From assembly GCA_038057125.1 (NCBI GenBank), contig JBBUDU010000003.1, positions 85,978 to 144,955 on the forward strand: DNA of 58,978 nt, in the 5' to 3' direction. A program made the translations under genes and the position numbers. Position 1 is the stretch's first letter; each line of letters begins with the position of its first letter. The notes under the pieces were generated by a model. It did no database searches and had not been told where the DNA came from. It saw nothing but the letters and a program-made list of their open reading frames with translations. This document shows positions 10,344-17,893 of the stretch, piece by piece. The DNA is from Patescibacteria group bacterium (GTDB taxonomy: Bacteria; Patescibacteriota; Minisyncoccia; Phycocordibacterales; UBA1550).

Positions 10344-10610
10344 TTAGTGGTAAAATTTACTCTGTATTTCATCGAGTGCTTCTTCGCGAGTCTTATCATT
10401 TATGAGCCTCTCAATCAAGTCACTTTTTGGATCATCTATAATCTCTCGAAAACGCGCGCTATTTGAGGCAATCCACGCCTCGGCAAAGTCATCTCCGCCA
10501 GCCCTTCTAATGAGTTCCATTTGCGCGCCCTGTATAATTTCAAATTTACTTTGTTCGGGGTCGATAAATGACTCAGTTTTACCAACAATTTTTTCAAAAA
10601 AATTTTTCAT
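10344..10610 (-). CDS. hypothetical acidic protein, 88 aa
   Basis: Fills the gap between trpS and aspS exactly. No family recognised. Confidence 0.4.
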   Translation of the reverse strand: MKNFFEKIVGKTESFIDPEQSKFEIIQGAQMELIRRAGGDDFAEAWIASNSARFREIIDDPKSDLIERLINDKTREEALDEIQSKFYH

Positions 10611-10614
10611 ATTA

Positions 10615-11631
10615 TTACATTACTAATCCCATTTTTTCTCGCATTTCTTTCATTGTTTTTGCGACCACCACACGCCCGCGATCGGTACCTTCTTTTATGA
10701 TAGTCCTTACAAGGTTTTCGTTTTCCTCGTAATACTTTCTCTTTTCTCTTATAGGCTCGAGAAAATCATCAAGGACTTTATAAAGAATTTCCTTAACTTC
10801 CACATCTTTTATACTTCCCTCTCGATAACGTCTTTTTAATTCTTCGTTTTGTTGCTTATTACTATTAAAAGCATCCAAGTAAATAAAAACGGGGTTCCCT
10901 TCGACTTTTCCAGGATCATTGGCGTGAATTCTGCCAGGGTCAGTATACATTTTCATGACTTTCTTTTTTAAACTATCGGGACTTTCCGATAGATTAATCG
11001 TATTTCCTAAGGACTTACTCATCTTTTCTTTGCCGTCAGTGCCTTTTAAACGAGGGAAATCAGATATTAGACTTTGAGGAAGTACGAATAAATCCCCGTA
11101 TATACGATTAAAATTCCTGGCTATCTCCCTCGCCTGTTCTATCATGGGAGACTGGTCTTCGCCGATAGGAACAAGATTAGCATTAAAACCAAGAATATCA
11201 GCAGCTTGGCTAATTGGGTATATGAAAAATCCTACCGGTAAAGAGCCACGAAATCCTTTTTTCTTGATCTCCTCTTTAACTGTCGGGTTTCTCTCTAGTT
11301 CCGCTACTGTAATTAAATTCATAAAATATACAGTCATTTCAAATAATTCAGGAATTTGCGATTGCAAGACAATAGATGTTTTTTGAGGGTCAATTCCAAC
11401 ACTTAAGTAATCGATGGTCACAGTAATTATATTCTGGGAGATCTTTTCCGAGTGCTCAAAATTATCAGTCATAGCTTGAACATCAGCGATAAGTATGTAT
11501 TGTTCATACTCATCCTGAAGCTTTATCCTGTTAATTAAAGAACCCAAATAATGCCCCAAGTGCAAAGGGCCGGTAGGTCTGTCTCCAGTTAAAATTCGTT
11601 TTTTTCTATTATTTTGATTCTTATCTTCCAT
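10615..11631 (-). CDS. trpS: tryptophanyl-tRNA synthetase, divergent subtype, full length
   Basis: TGDRPTGPLHLGHYLGS (HIGH) and KMSKSLGN (KMSKS). 338 aa. Visibly more AT-rich than flanking genes. Confidence 0.88.
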   Translation of the reverse strand: MEDKNQNNRKKRILTGDRPTGPLHLGHYLGSLINRIKLQDEYEQYILIADVQAMTDNFEHSEKISQNIITVTIDYLSVGIDPQKTSIVLQSQIPELFEMTVYFMNLITVAELERNPTVKEEIKKKGFRGSLPVGFFIYPISQAADILGFNANLVPIGEDQSPMIEQAREIARNFNRIYGDLFVLPQSLISDFPRLKGTDGKEKMSKSLGNTINLSESPDSLKKKVMKMYTDPGRIHANDPGKVEGNPVFIYLDAFNSNKQQNEELKRRYREGSIKDVEVKEILYKVLDDFLEPIREKRKYYEENENLVRTIIKEGTDRGRVVVAKTMKEMREKMGLVM

Positions 11632-11744
11632 TGAATTTCATTATACAAAAAAATGAGGAATGACGCTACTTTCACCGTAATATCTCAGTAATATTGAATG
11701 GCCCTTGTCTACAGAAAGTATAAGCAGAGCAAACATTAAGCACT

Positions 11745-11773
11745 CAAACAAAAACCCCACATAAGTTTTGTTC
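11745..11773 (-). terminator. rho-independent terminator after the radical SAM gene
   Basis: An 11-bp stem, ccccacataag/cttatgtgggg, followed on the minus strand by TTTTTGTTTG. Confidence 0.7.
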
Positions 11774-11798
11774 TTATGTGGGGGAGAGTTGAAATCCT

Positions 11799-12908
11799 TC
11801 AAAACGAAGGTGGTGCTACACCAAATAGATTACAGAGAGACATGAAAGAATCTCTTTCTTCTGCCGGTAAAATCGGAAGAATTTCTTTTTCTACAAGAGG
11901 CAACAAGGAACAACATTTTGGATCAGGGCTAAAGATAGAGCCTGTCAGATACTGCGAATCAGCGCGACAACCACCACCGCAGATTCTTAAATACCGACAA
12001 CTAACGCACTCAGAAATCTCTCGAACCTTCATTGAGTAAAAAGGGTTGCCTTTGGAAGTTGAGTATGCAACTTTTAGAGATGTTCCCTCCCCTACATGCG
12101 CAGTTTTTAGATTATAGGCAGCGCAAACATTGACATCACCGTTCGGCTTTACGCACACGATATCTCGATAACAACATGGGTGCATATTGATATCAAATTC
12201 ATGATATGGAACGCTAGCAATTTGTGACTTGTAAATGTTCGCAATACCTAACCGAAACGGCCGCTTATCCTCAAGGTAAAGCTTGAGCAATTCCTTCACC
12301 ATGGCTATTACTTTGAAGTACGGTGGTATACCAAACTCAGCTGGTGCCTTTTTGTAAAGGTCAGAAGAAAAAGGGATGTCCAAATTCCACCAGTTGATAC
12401 CTAAAACCTTAAGCCTTTGGTAGAGAGGCAAGATGTCATCCATATTGCTATTATTAATCATTGTCACAACAGCTAATGGAATCTCTGATTCTTCCTTAAC
12501 CATCCTTATCCTCTCAAGTACTAGTTGGTGGTTACCATTTCCCCTGAATGAATCATGAGAGTTGAACCCGTCCAAGCTGAGCCGAATAGCTCTCAGTTTT
12601 CCAGTACCAACTAACTTTTTAAAACGATCTTTTGTTAGTAAATGACCATTAGTCAGCAAGATTACCGGGGCATTACAGGCGTTGATAAGCTCAATAAGCA
12701 TATCGCAATTACCGCGCTGATAAAGAAGCGGTTCCCCTCCTGAAAAATTGAAACGCTCACATTGCAAGGCGTTGGCTTCTTCTATTAACCGCAACCATTC
12801 CTGATGAGTCAGTTCCTTACTTTTGGTGGATGGCAGATTGTATACTTCGTTGTAGCAATGAGCACAACCCAGATTGCATTTTCCAGTTAACTCCAAGTGC
12901 ATAAACAT
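11799..12908 (-). CDS. radical SAM enzyme with C-terminal SPASM domain (peptide-maturase-like)
   Basis: CNLGCAHC (CX3CX2C) at residues 11-18. C-terminal Cys pattern C..CVKPNGDVNVC, CVSCRYLRICGGGC (CX2CX5CX3C), then KCC. RBS AAAGGAG 6 nt before the ATG. Confidence 0.85.
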   Translation of the reverse strand: MFMHLELTGKCNLGCAHCYNEVYNLPSTKSKELTHQEWLRLIEEANALQCERFNFSGGEPLLYQRGNCDMLIELINACNAPVILLTNGHLLTKDRFKKLVGTGKLRAIRLSLDGFNSHDSFRGNGNHQLVLERIRMVKEESEIPLAVVTMINNSNMDDILPLYQRLKVLGINWWNLDIPFSSDLYKKAPAEFGIPPYFKVIAMVKELLKLYLEDKRPFRLGIANIYKSQIASVPYHEFDINMHPCCYRDIVCVKPNGDVNVCAAYNLKTAHVGEGTSLKVAYSTSKGNPFYSMKVREISECVSCRYLRICGGGCRADSQYLTGSIFSPDPKCCSLLPLVEKEILPILPAEERDSFMSLCNLFGVAPPSF

Positions 12909-12940
12909 ACGGAACTCCTTTCGCTTTTAGGTTACAAAGA

Positions 12941-12973
12941 GGGGGTATCGATTTCAAAAAAATCGATACCCCC
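12941..12973 (-). promoter_or_regulatory. perfect 13-bp-stem hairpin between the peptide ORF and the radical SAM gene
   Basis: gggggtatcgatt / aatcgataccccc with a 7-nt loop. Only a weak T-tract (TCTTTGT) follows on the minus strand. Confidence 0.6.
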
Positions 12974-12990
12974 AAGTGTTTGCCACTTCG

Positions 12991-13140
12991 TTATATGTCG
13001 CACCAATGTCCCTTAAGCACAATGCCGCCCTCTTTTTGAATTGGGGCAACTGGTGTCGCAGGCTTCGGTACTACGGGCTTTTGAACAACCGCTCCTTGCA
13101 AAAGGACAGGTTGCTTCAGGGGCTGCGTCTGCATTTGCAT
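12991..13140 (-). CDS. candidate RiPP precursor peptide, 49 aa (MQMQTQPLKQPVLLQGAVVQKPVVPKPATPVAPIQKEGGIVLKGHWCDI)
   Basis: Hand-translated and below the ORF-track size cutoff. AGGAG lies 7 nt upstream of the ATG. The ORF sits immediately upstream of the rSAM/SPASM gene and has its own promoter. Pro/Val/Gln-rich leader, Gly-Gly, short C-terminal core. Confidence 0.5.
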   Translation of the reverse strand: MQMQTQPLKQPVLLQGAVVQKPVVPKPATPVAPIQKEGGIVLKGHWCDI

Positions 13141-13211
13141 GATAAGTCTCCTAACAAGGAACGCTGGCATCGTCGAGGGCTCTCAACTTAAAACACCAAC
13201 ACCTAGTGGAA

Positions 13212-13239
13212 AGTATACCTTAATATGACACAAAGTCAA
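13212..13239 (-). promoter_or_regulatory. sigma70-like promoter for the peptide-rSAM operon
   Basis: On the minus strand: TTGACT, 16-nt spacer, TATACT. About 70 nt upstream of the peptide ATG, inside the 3' end of the trpS remnant ORF. Confidence 0.55.
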
Positions 13240-13492
13240 CCTTTACAATACCAGATATCGTCTTTTTAGGGTCTATGCCTATGGCGAGATAATCCATCGC
13301 GAGGTCAAGCGTAAGTTTTTTGAGGAGAACGCCGTCTGACACGCTCGTGAGCGCGTGATAGTTGGCAATAAAAATAAACTGGCGATAGTTACCCTGTTGG
13401 TTAACAAACTGGCGCATAGCTCCAAAATAGTTACCAATATGAGCCGTCCCCGATGGTTGCACCGCCGAAAGTAGTGTTTTCTGCATTTCCAT
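13220..13492 (-). pseudogene. trpS: 5' remnant of a canonical bacterial-type trpS (first ~79 codons)
   Basis: LSAVQPSGTAHIGNYFGAMRQFV...YLAIGIDPKKT matches the TrpRS N-terminus including HIGH. Similarity stops near 13255 and a stop codon follows 11 codons later. Confidence 0.7.
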
Positions 13493-13655
13493 ATACTACC
13501 AGAAGCGAGTGATTTTCAAAAGGTTTGTCACTGAGTAGATGTTCAGGCGCCACATATACGAGGAGCCTAGAAATTTTTTGAGAAAGATGTACACATAGTA
13601 CTTCGACGAAAAAAATTTAGTAGCGACAAAGTAGATGGGGATGTGTGGACATCTA

Positions 13656-14690
13656 CTACTTGCCTGAAATACGGAGCAGAGCAAGCTCGAGAGAAAGCCC
13701 CGGGACTTTCGCCACCCGCACGGACTCATAGGCGCGCAGGAATTCGGCAAGCTCTTTTGACGTCAATGTATGCGTTGCGTTCTTTGCAAGATCTTCAATA
13801 ATTGTCATATCTTCTGTCGGAAAATCCTCGGCAAGGCGCTTTGCAGAGCCCGCCACAAAACGAAACATCATTACCGCGCGCATTTTGCGGAGAAGTAAAT
13901 CAAGAAAAACTTTTTCTTCTACTCCTTGTTCAACTGACTTTGCAAGGGTCGAAAGTCCTGTCTCGACATCGCGCGCCACCACCGCGCGGAGGAATGAATT
14001 TACAATGCGACTATCGGGCGCGCCAGTTGCCGATTCCACTTCTTGTTGAGAAATCTTTTTGCCCGCGGATGCCGCTATGACTTTTTGAAGGATGCCGTAT
14101 GTATCACGAAACGAACCATCGCCAAGAAGCGCAATGAGGTCCGCCGATGCAGGCTCAAGTGTGTAGCCCTCTTGTTTGATTACACGTTCCACCATTACTT
14201 TGAGCGTTGCCTGTGAAGGCTTCTCAAAACGAAAACTCTGGCAACGCGAAACGATTGTTTCAGGAATTTTGCCCTCATCGGTTGTAGCAAGAATGAACAC
14301 AACGTGCTTTGGTGGTTCTTCAAGAGTTTTTAAAAGCGCAGGAAATGCTTCGCGCGAGAGCATGTGCGCTTCATCAATAATATATACTTTGTATTGCGAG
14401 TGCATCGGCACGGTGTGCACCGCGTCCCTAAGAGCGCGTATGTCATCAATGCATCGATTGGACGCTGCATCAATCTCATAAATATCATCATCGTGCGCCC
14501 CAATAGCCCGCGCAAAAATACGCGCGATTGAAGTCTTGCCTGTACCGCGAGAACCGGAAAAAAGATACGCGTGCCCAATAGAACCCGCCTTAATAGCGCC
14601 CAAAAGTGTTTTTATGGTTTGCTCTTGTCCGATGACCTCTTCAAAAGTTTTCGGGCGATATTTGGTATAAAGTGCGAGGCTTGAGGACAT
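13656..14690 (-). CDS. dnaX: DNA polymerase III gamma/tau subunit (short form)
   Basis: Walker A GSRGTGKTS, DEAHML box, SRCQSF sensor motif. 344 aa. Confidence 0.85.
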   Translation of the reverse strand: MSSSLALYTKYRPKTFEEVIGQEQTIKTLLGAIKAGSIGHAYLFSGSRGTGKTSIARIFARAIGAHDDDIYEIDAASNRCIDDIRALRDAVHTVPMHSQYKVYIIDEAHMLSREAFPALLKTLEEPPKHVVFILATTDEGKIPETIVSRCQSFRFEKPSQATLKVMVERVIKQEGYTLEPASADLIALLGDGSFRDTYGILQKVIAASAGKKISQQEVESATGAPDSRIVNSFLRAVVARDVETGLSTLAKSVEQGVEEKVFLDLLLRKMRAVMMFRFVAGSAKRLAEDFPTEDMTIIEDLAKNATHTLTSKELAEFLRAYESVRVAKVPGLSLELALLRISGK

Positions 14691-14710
14691 TGTAACAACA
14701 GTATAACAAA

Positions 14711-15733
14711 CTAAAGTGACTTGAGAAAATCCCGCACAATGCGCTCCACCTCGTCGGCATTTTTCGCATCCATCATTTGCACGCGAAGTTCTTTTGCGCC
14801 GTCAAATCCGTTTACATAAGCCTTGTAGTGCTTTTTCATAATTGCGAAATTTTTAATGTCGCCCAAAAGTTTTTCAAAGAGGTGCGTGTGCTCGATGAGT
14901 ATATTGAATTTTTCTTCAAGCGTTGGGGGTGCGGTGCGGTTGCGGTCAAAAAGCCACGGCGTGCCAAACATCGCGCGACCGAGCATCACGCCGTCTGCAT
15001 CAGTCTCTCGTGCTTTAGTGTGCGCATCAGTGAGGTCTCGTGCATCGCCATTGCCGATTATGAGCGTACCAGTACCCTCCGCAAGTTTTACAGCGCGCGC
15101 GACCTCTTCCCACCGCGCTGGCACGAGTGAAAGTTCTTTGCGTGTGCGCGCATGCACGGTAATAGCTGCGGGCTTGGTCTCAAGTATCGCGCCAATCCAC
15201 TCTTCGAGGTTTTCTTTATTATATCCAATGCGAGTTTTAACCGACACGGGCAAACCACCTGCACCCGCCATTGTCGCACGGATTACTTCTTGCGAAAGTT
15301 TCAAATTTTTTATATGTGCCGCACCAGCGCCTTGTTTCTCAATGCCTTTATCGGGGCAACCCATATTGATATCAATGCCGTCAAAACCGAGAGACTTGGC
15401 GAGTTCGGCTGTCTTTTTCATATTTTCCGGATTTGAACTAAAAATCTGCGCGACAATAGGGTGCTCGCGCTCGCTGAATGCAAGGTCTCGCTTCAAAATC
15501 TCGCGACCCGCACTACACAAGCCGTCCGCAGAAACAAACTCAGTCCAAAACACATCGGGGCCGCCTCCCGCTTCACCATGACGACTATACTTTGAAATCA
15601 TCTGGCGAAAGGCTGCATCCGTCACATCCGCCATCGGCGCAAGCGCAAAAAAGGGTTTCTTGAGATCTGCCCAAAAACCCATAATAGGTCCGCTAGCACT
15701 TGTTTGTTTCACTTCTTCTTTCATACGTGGCAC
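14711..15733 (-). CDS. dus: tRNA-dihydrouridine synthase
   Basis: FFALAPMADVTD start, DGIDINMGCP motif, TVHARTR motif. Confidence 0.85.
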   Translation of the reverse strand: MPRMKEEVKQTSASGPIMGFWADLKKPFFALAPMADVTDAAFRQMISKYSRHGEAGGGPDVFWTEFVSADGLCSAGREILKRDLAFSEREHPIVAQIFSSNPENMKKTAELAKSLGFDGIDINMGCPDKGIEKQGAGAAHIKNLKLSQEVIRATMAGAGGLPVSVKTRIGYNKENLEEWIGAILETKPAAITVHARTRKELSLVPARWEEVARAVKLAEGTGTLIIGNGDARDLTDAHTKARETDADGVMLGRAMFGTPWLFDRNRTAPPTLEEKFNILIEHTHLFEKLLGDIKNFAIMKKHYKAYVNGFDGAKELRVQMMDAKNADEVERIVRDFLKSL

Positions 15734-15751
15734 TCTAACATAAGTAGTTGA

Positions 15752-16180
15752 CTACTTCAAAAAAGTAAATTCGTTTACAATTCTTTTTTGTGTATTTTCA
15801 AGAGAGGTTTTTAGGTCTTCTACCGTGCTAAACTGCTGGTAAAAATAGGGGGTTGTCTGAGGTCCGCCATAAACATGGAGATGAAAATGTCGCACATCCT
15901 GAGCGTCTTCCCCATTTACTTGATGTAAAATAATAGACGTATACCCAAATATTTTTTTTAAAATAACCGCAGATTGTTGCGCAAGTGACATAACAGCAGA
16001 GAGTTCTTCTTCTGAAATATCGAAAATATCGTTTGCATGATGTTTTGGGATAATCAATAGGTGCCCTTCTGTTGCTGGCTCACGATCAAGAAATGCAACA
16101 GCAAAAGAGTTTTCATCAACAATATAAGCAGGTGCTTCCTTTGCTGCAATCGCACAAAAAATATCTTTATGGGGAGTCAT
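15752..16180 (-). CDS. HIT-family nucleotide hydrolase/transferase
   Basis: Histidine triad HFHLHVYG. Start placed at Met16 of the track ORF. Confidence 0.8.
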   Translation of the reverse strand: MTPHKDIFCAIAAKEAPAYIVDENSFAVAFLDREPATEGHLLIIPKHHANDIFDISEEELSAVMSLAQQSAVILKKIFGYTSIILHQVNGEDAQDVRHFHLHVYGGPQTTPYFYQQFSTVEDLKTSLENTQKRIVNEFTFLK

Positions 16181-16263
16181 GTGTATACAATAAAGCAAAA
16201 GTAAATAAAAAAGAAGAGCAAACACAATGTTTGCTCTTCAAAGGAACCAGACGCCTTTTATCG

Positions 16264-16947
16264 CTAGGCGCCAACGGCCTGTTTCAAGGGAACAAAAGAA
16301 TCGAATGCACTTGCGCGCAACATGCATTGACGACACACACCGCAAGGAACATCTGAAGAGGCGGAACATGAATGGGTGAACCTGAAATCAATATCAAGAG
16401 TTACGCCAAGATTTACCATGTCCTTTTTTGAATACCCGATAAAAGGGGTCTCAAAATTACATGGTGAATACGACCCGAGGGCGGGAAGTTTTTCGAGAGC
16501 ACGTAAGTACTCCAGAACTTTTTCCTGCGACGTACCAATAAGGTCGTCTTGATGGATTGCCCAGTAAATATGCTTTATCCCACGGATCCTTGCAAACATG
16601 AGGGCAGTGAGGTGCAATAGCTCAACGCTCATAGGAACAGGGGTTTTCCCGCGAGAAACGCAATTATTGACGGACCCGCCAACATTAAAAGACATGTTGG
16701 TGTTTGTCCCTCCAAGCATCTGCTCAATAAATTTGAAGTCGAGTACGACATGCAAAATATTGAGCTTCTTAGCAAGAAACGTTGCGTTGTTGATTTCCAC
16801 CCAGTTTGTATCGCCAGGGTACCGCAAGCTTAGTGCATGCACCTTTTTTCCTTCGGCACATAATTTTGCTGCACAAACAGCGGAATCAATCCCGCCAGAC
16901 AACAGAACTAAAACCTGCTGTTTCAGAACAGTACAAGAATTATCCAT
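16264..16947 (-). CDS. QueC-like PP-loop ATPase (7-cyano-7-deazaguanine synthase family)
   Basis: PP-loop LLSGGIDSAV near the N-terminus and C-terminal SC...CGVCRQCMLRASAF Zn-Cys motif typical of QueC. Start placed at Met16. Confidence 0.65.
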   Translation of the reverse strand: MDNSCTVLKQQVLVLLSGGIDSAVCAAKLCAEGKKVHALSLRYPGDTNWVEINNATFLAKKLNILHVVLDFKFIEQMLGGTNTNMSFNVGGSVNNCVSRGKTPVPMSVELLHLTALMFARIRGIKHIYWAIHQDDLIGTSQEKVLEYLRALEKLPALGSYSPCNFETPFIGYSKKDMVNLGVTLDIDFRFTHSCSASSDVPCGVCRQCMLRASAFDSFVPLKQAVGA

Positions 16948-17029
16948 GATTGCTTCTTCTTTGAATGTAAAAGGTACAAAATCGCACCACATTTATAATA
17001 CCATAAAAATTGAGAATTTCAAGGGCCAC

Positions 17030-17881
17030 CTAATTTTCAAACCCGAAGAAAATTTTATTTCCAAAACGCATATCTATATATAAAAGTTTCTTTTTTAGCG
17101 CGACATTGTCGGGAAACTCTTTGGAAATTGCCGAGTGCAATCTTTTTATGAGCACTGCCGGACTCTCTTCATCTTTAAATCGGATTGTAACTCCCAGAAG
17201 AAACGGGTACGCCTCACTCGCGCGAATAATAATTTCGGCTTCCCCTTCAGGTTTCAAAATAATGCGAAGTGGGTCCCCCACTTCCCTCTCCAAAAGTTTT
17301 ACAAATGTATCTGCAGAAATAAAACGACTATGCGGGAGCGAGGCACGCAATGGAACGCCTACATTTTTTTCTATGAGCTTTGAATACACCTCAAGGTAAA
17401 CCCCGCCGGAAAAAACTGGAGCATGATCAAATACAAAACCGGCTTCATCGATGAACCAACAATCAACGAGAGACGGAGTGACATTCTGTCCGCACCACAG
17501 CGCGTACGGCTTGCGTTCAGATGTATTAATTTCCAGAGCGCGATTATCGGTACGATTTACAGAGACTGTCGCAAGACGCGGAAATGTTTCAATGATGGAC
17601 AGCTCTATTTCTTTTTTAGGAAACAAGTAACTATTGTTTCGCGAATACACAAAAAAATAATTTCCAAGAAGTTTTTCCTTCGCAAGCGCACGCACGGCAT
17701 CCTCTGAAACAGTTTTTATGCCTGTAATGTCTAGCTGGCTAATCTGCCACCTATCGTTGTGCGACACTCCACCAAGCGCAACAAAAAACAAAAACGCAAG
17801 GAGTAGTACGATAAAAGTTCTACTGAGCCACCGGCTCGATTGTTCACGGAGACGGAGAAAAATATTCGCCAAGCGTGTCAT
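17030..17881 (-). CDS. FtsQ/DivIB-like cell-division protein (single TM + POTRA-like region)
   Basis: N-terminal TM (FIVLLLAFLFFVALGG), then ISQLDITGIKTVSEDAV, typical of a POTRA start. Weak family-level call. Confidence 0.55.
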   Translation of the reverse strand: MTRLANIFLRLREQSSRWLSRTFIVLLLAFLFFVALGGVSHNDRWQISQLDITGIKTVSEDAVRALAKEKLLGNYFFVYSRNNSYLFPKKEIELSIIETFPRLATVSVNRTDNRALEINTSERKPYALWCGQNVTPSLVDCWFIDEAGFVFDHAPVFSGGVYLEVYSKLIEKNVGVPLRASLPHSRFISADTFVKLLEREVGDPLRIILKPEGEAEIIIRASEAYPFLLGVTIRFKDEESPAVLIKRLHSAISKEFPDNVALKKKLLYIDMRFGNKIFFGFEN

Positions 17882-17893
17882 ATTAAAAAAGTT

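Noticed and set aside
12976-13191. 71-aa plus-strand ORF from the supplied track.
   Set aside because: It is the antisense shadow of the 49-codon minus-strand ORF. It has no RBS and it runs across the hairpin and the promoter of the minus-strand operon.
13496-13750. 84-aa minus-strand ORF between the trpS remnant and dnaX.
   Set aside because: It overlaps the 3' end of dnaX in another frame, has no RBS and has a Cys/Ser/Phe-rich low-complexity composition. It is probably spurious.
14856-15581. Long antisense ORFs inside well-supported genes. Examples are 241 aa opposite dus, 249 aa at 51605-52354 opposite dnaK/dnaJ, 182 aa at 8007-8555 opposite scpA/scpB and 154 aa at 1024-1488 opposite the M23 gene.
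   Set aside because: These are typical shadow ORFs with Ser/Arg/Phe-rich low-complexity translations and no RBS. In each case the opposite strand encodes a clearly recognisable protein.
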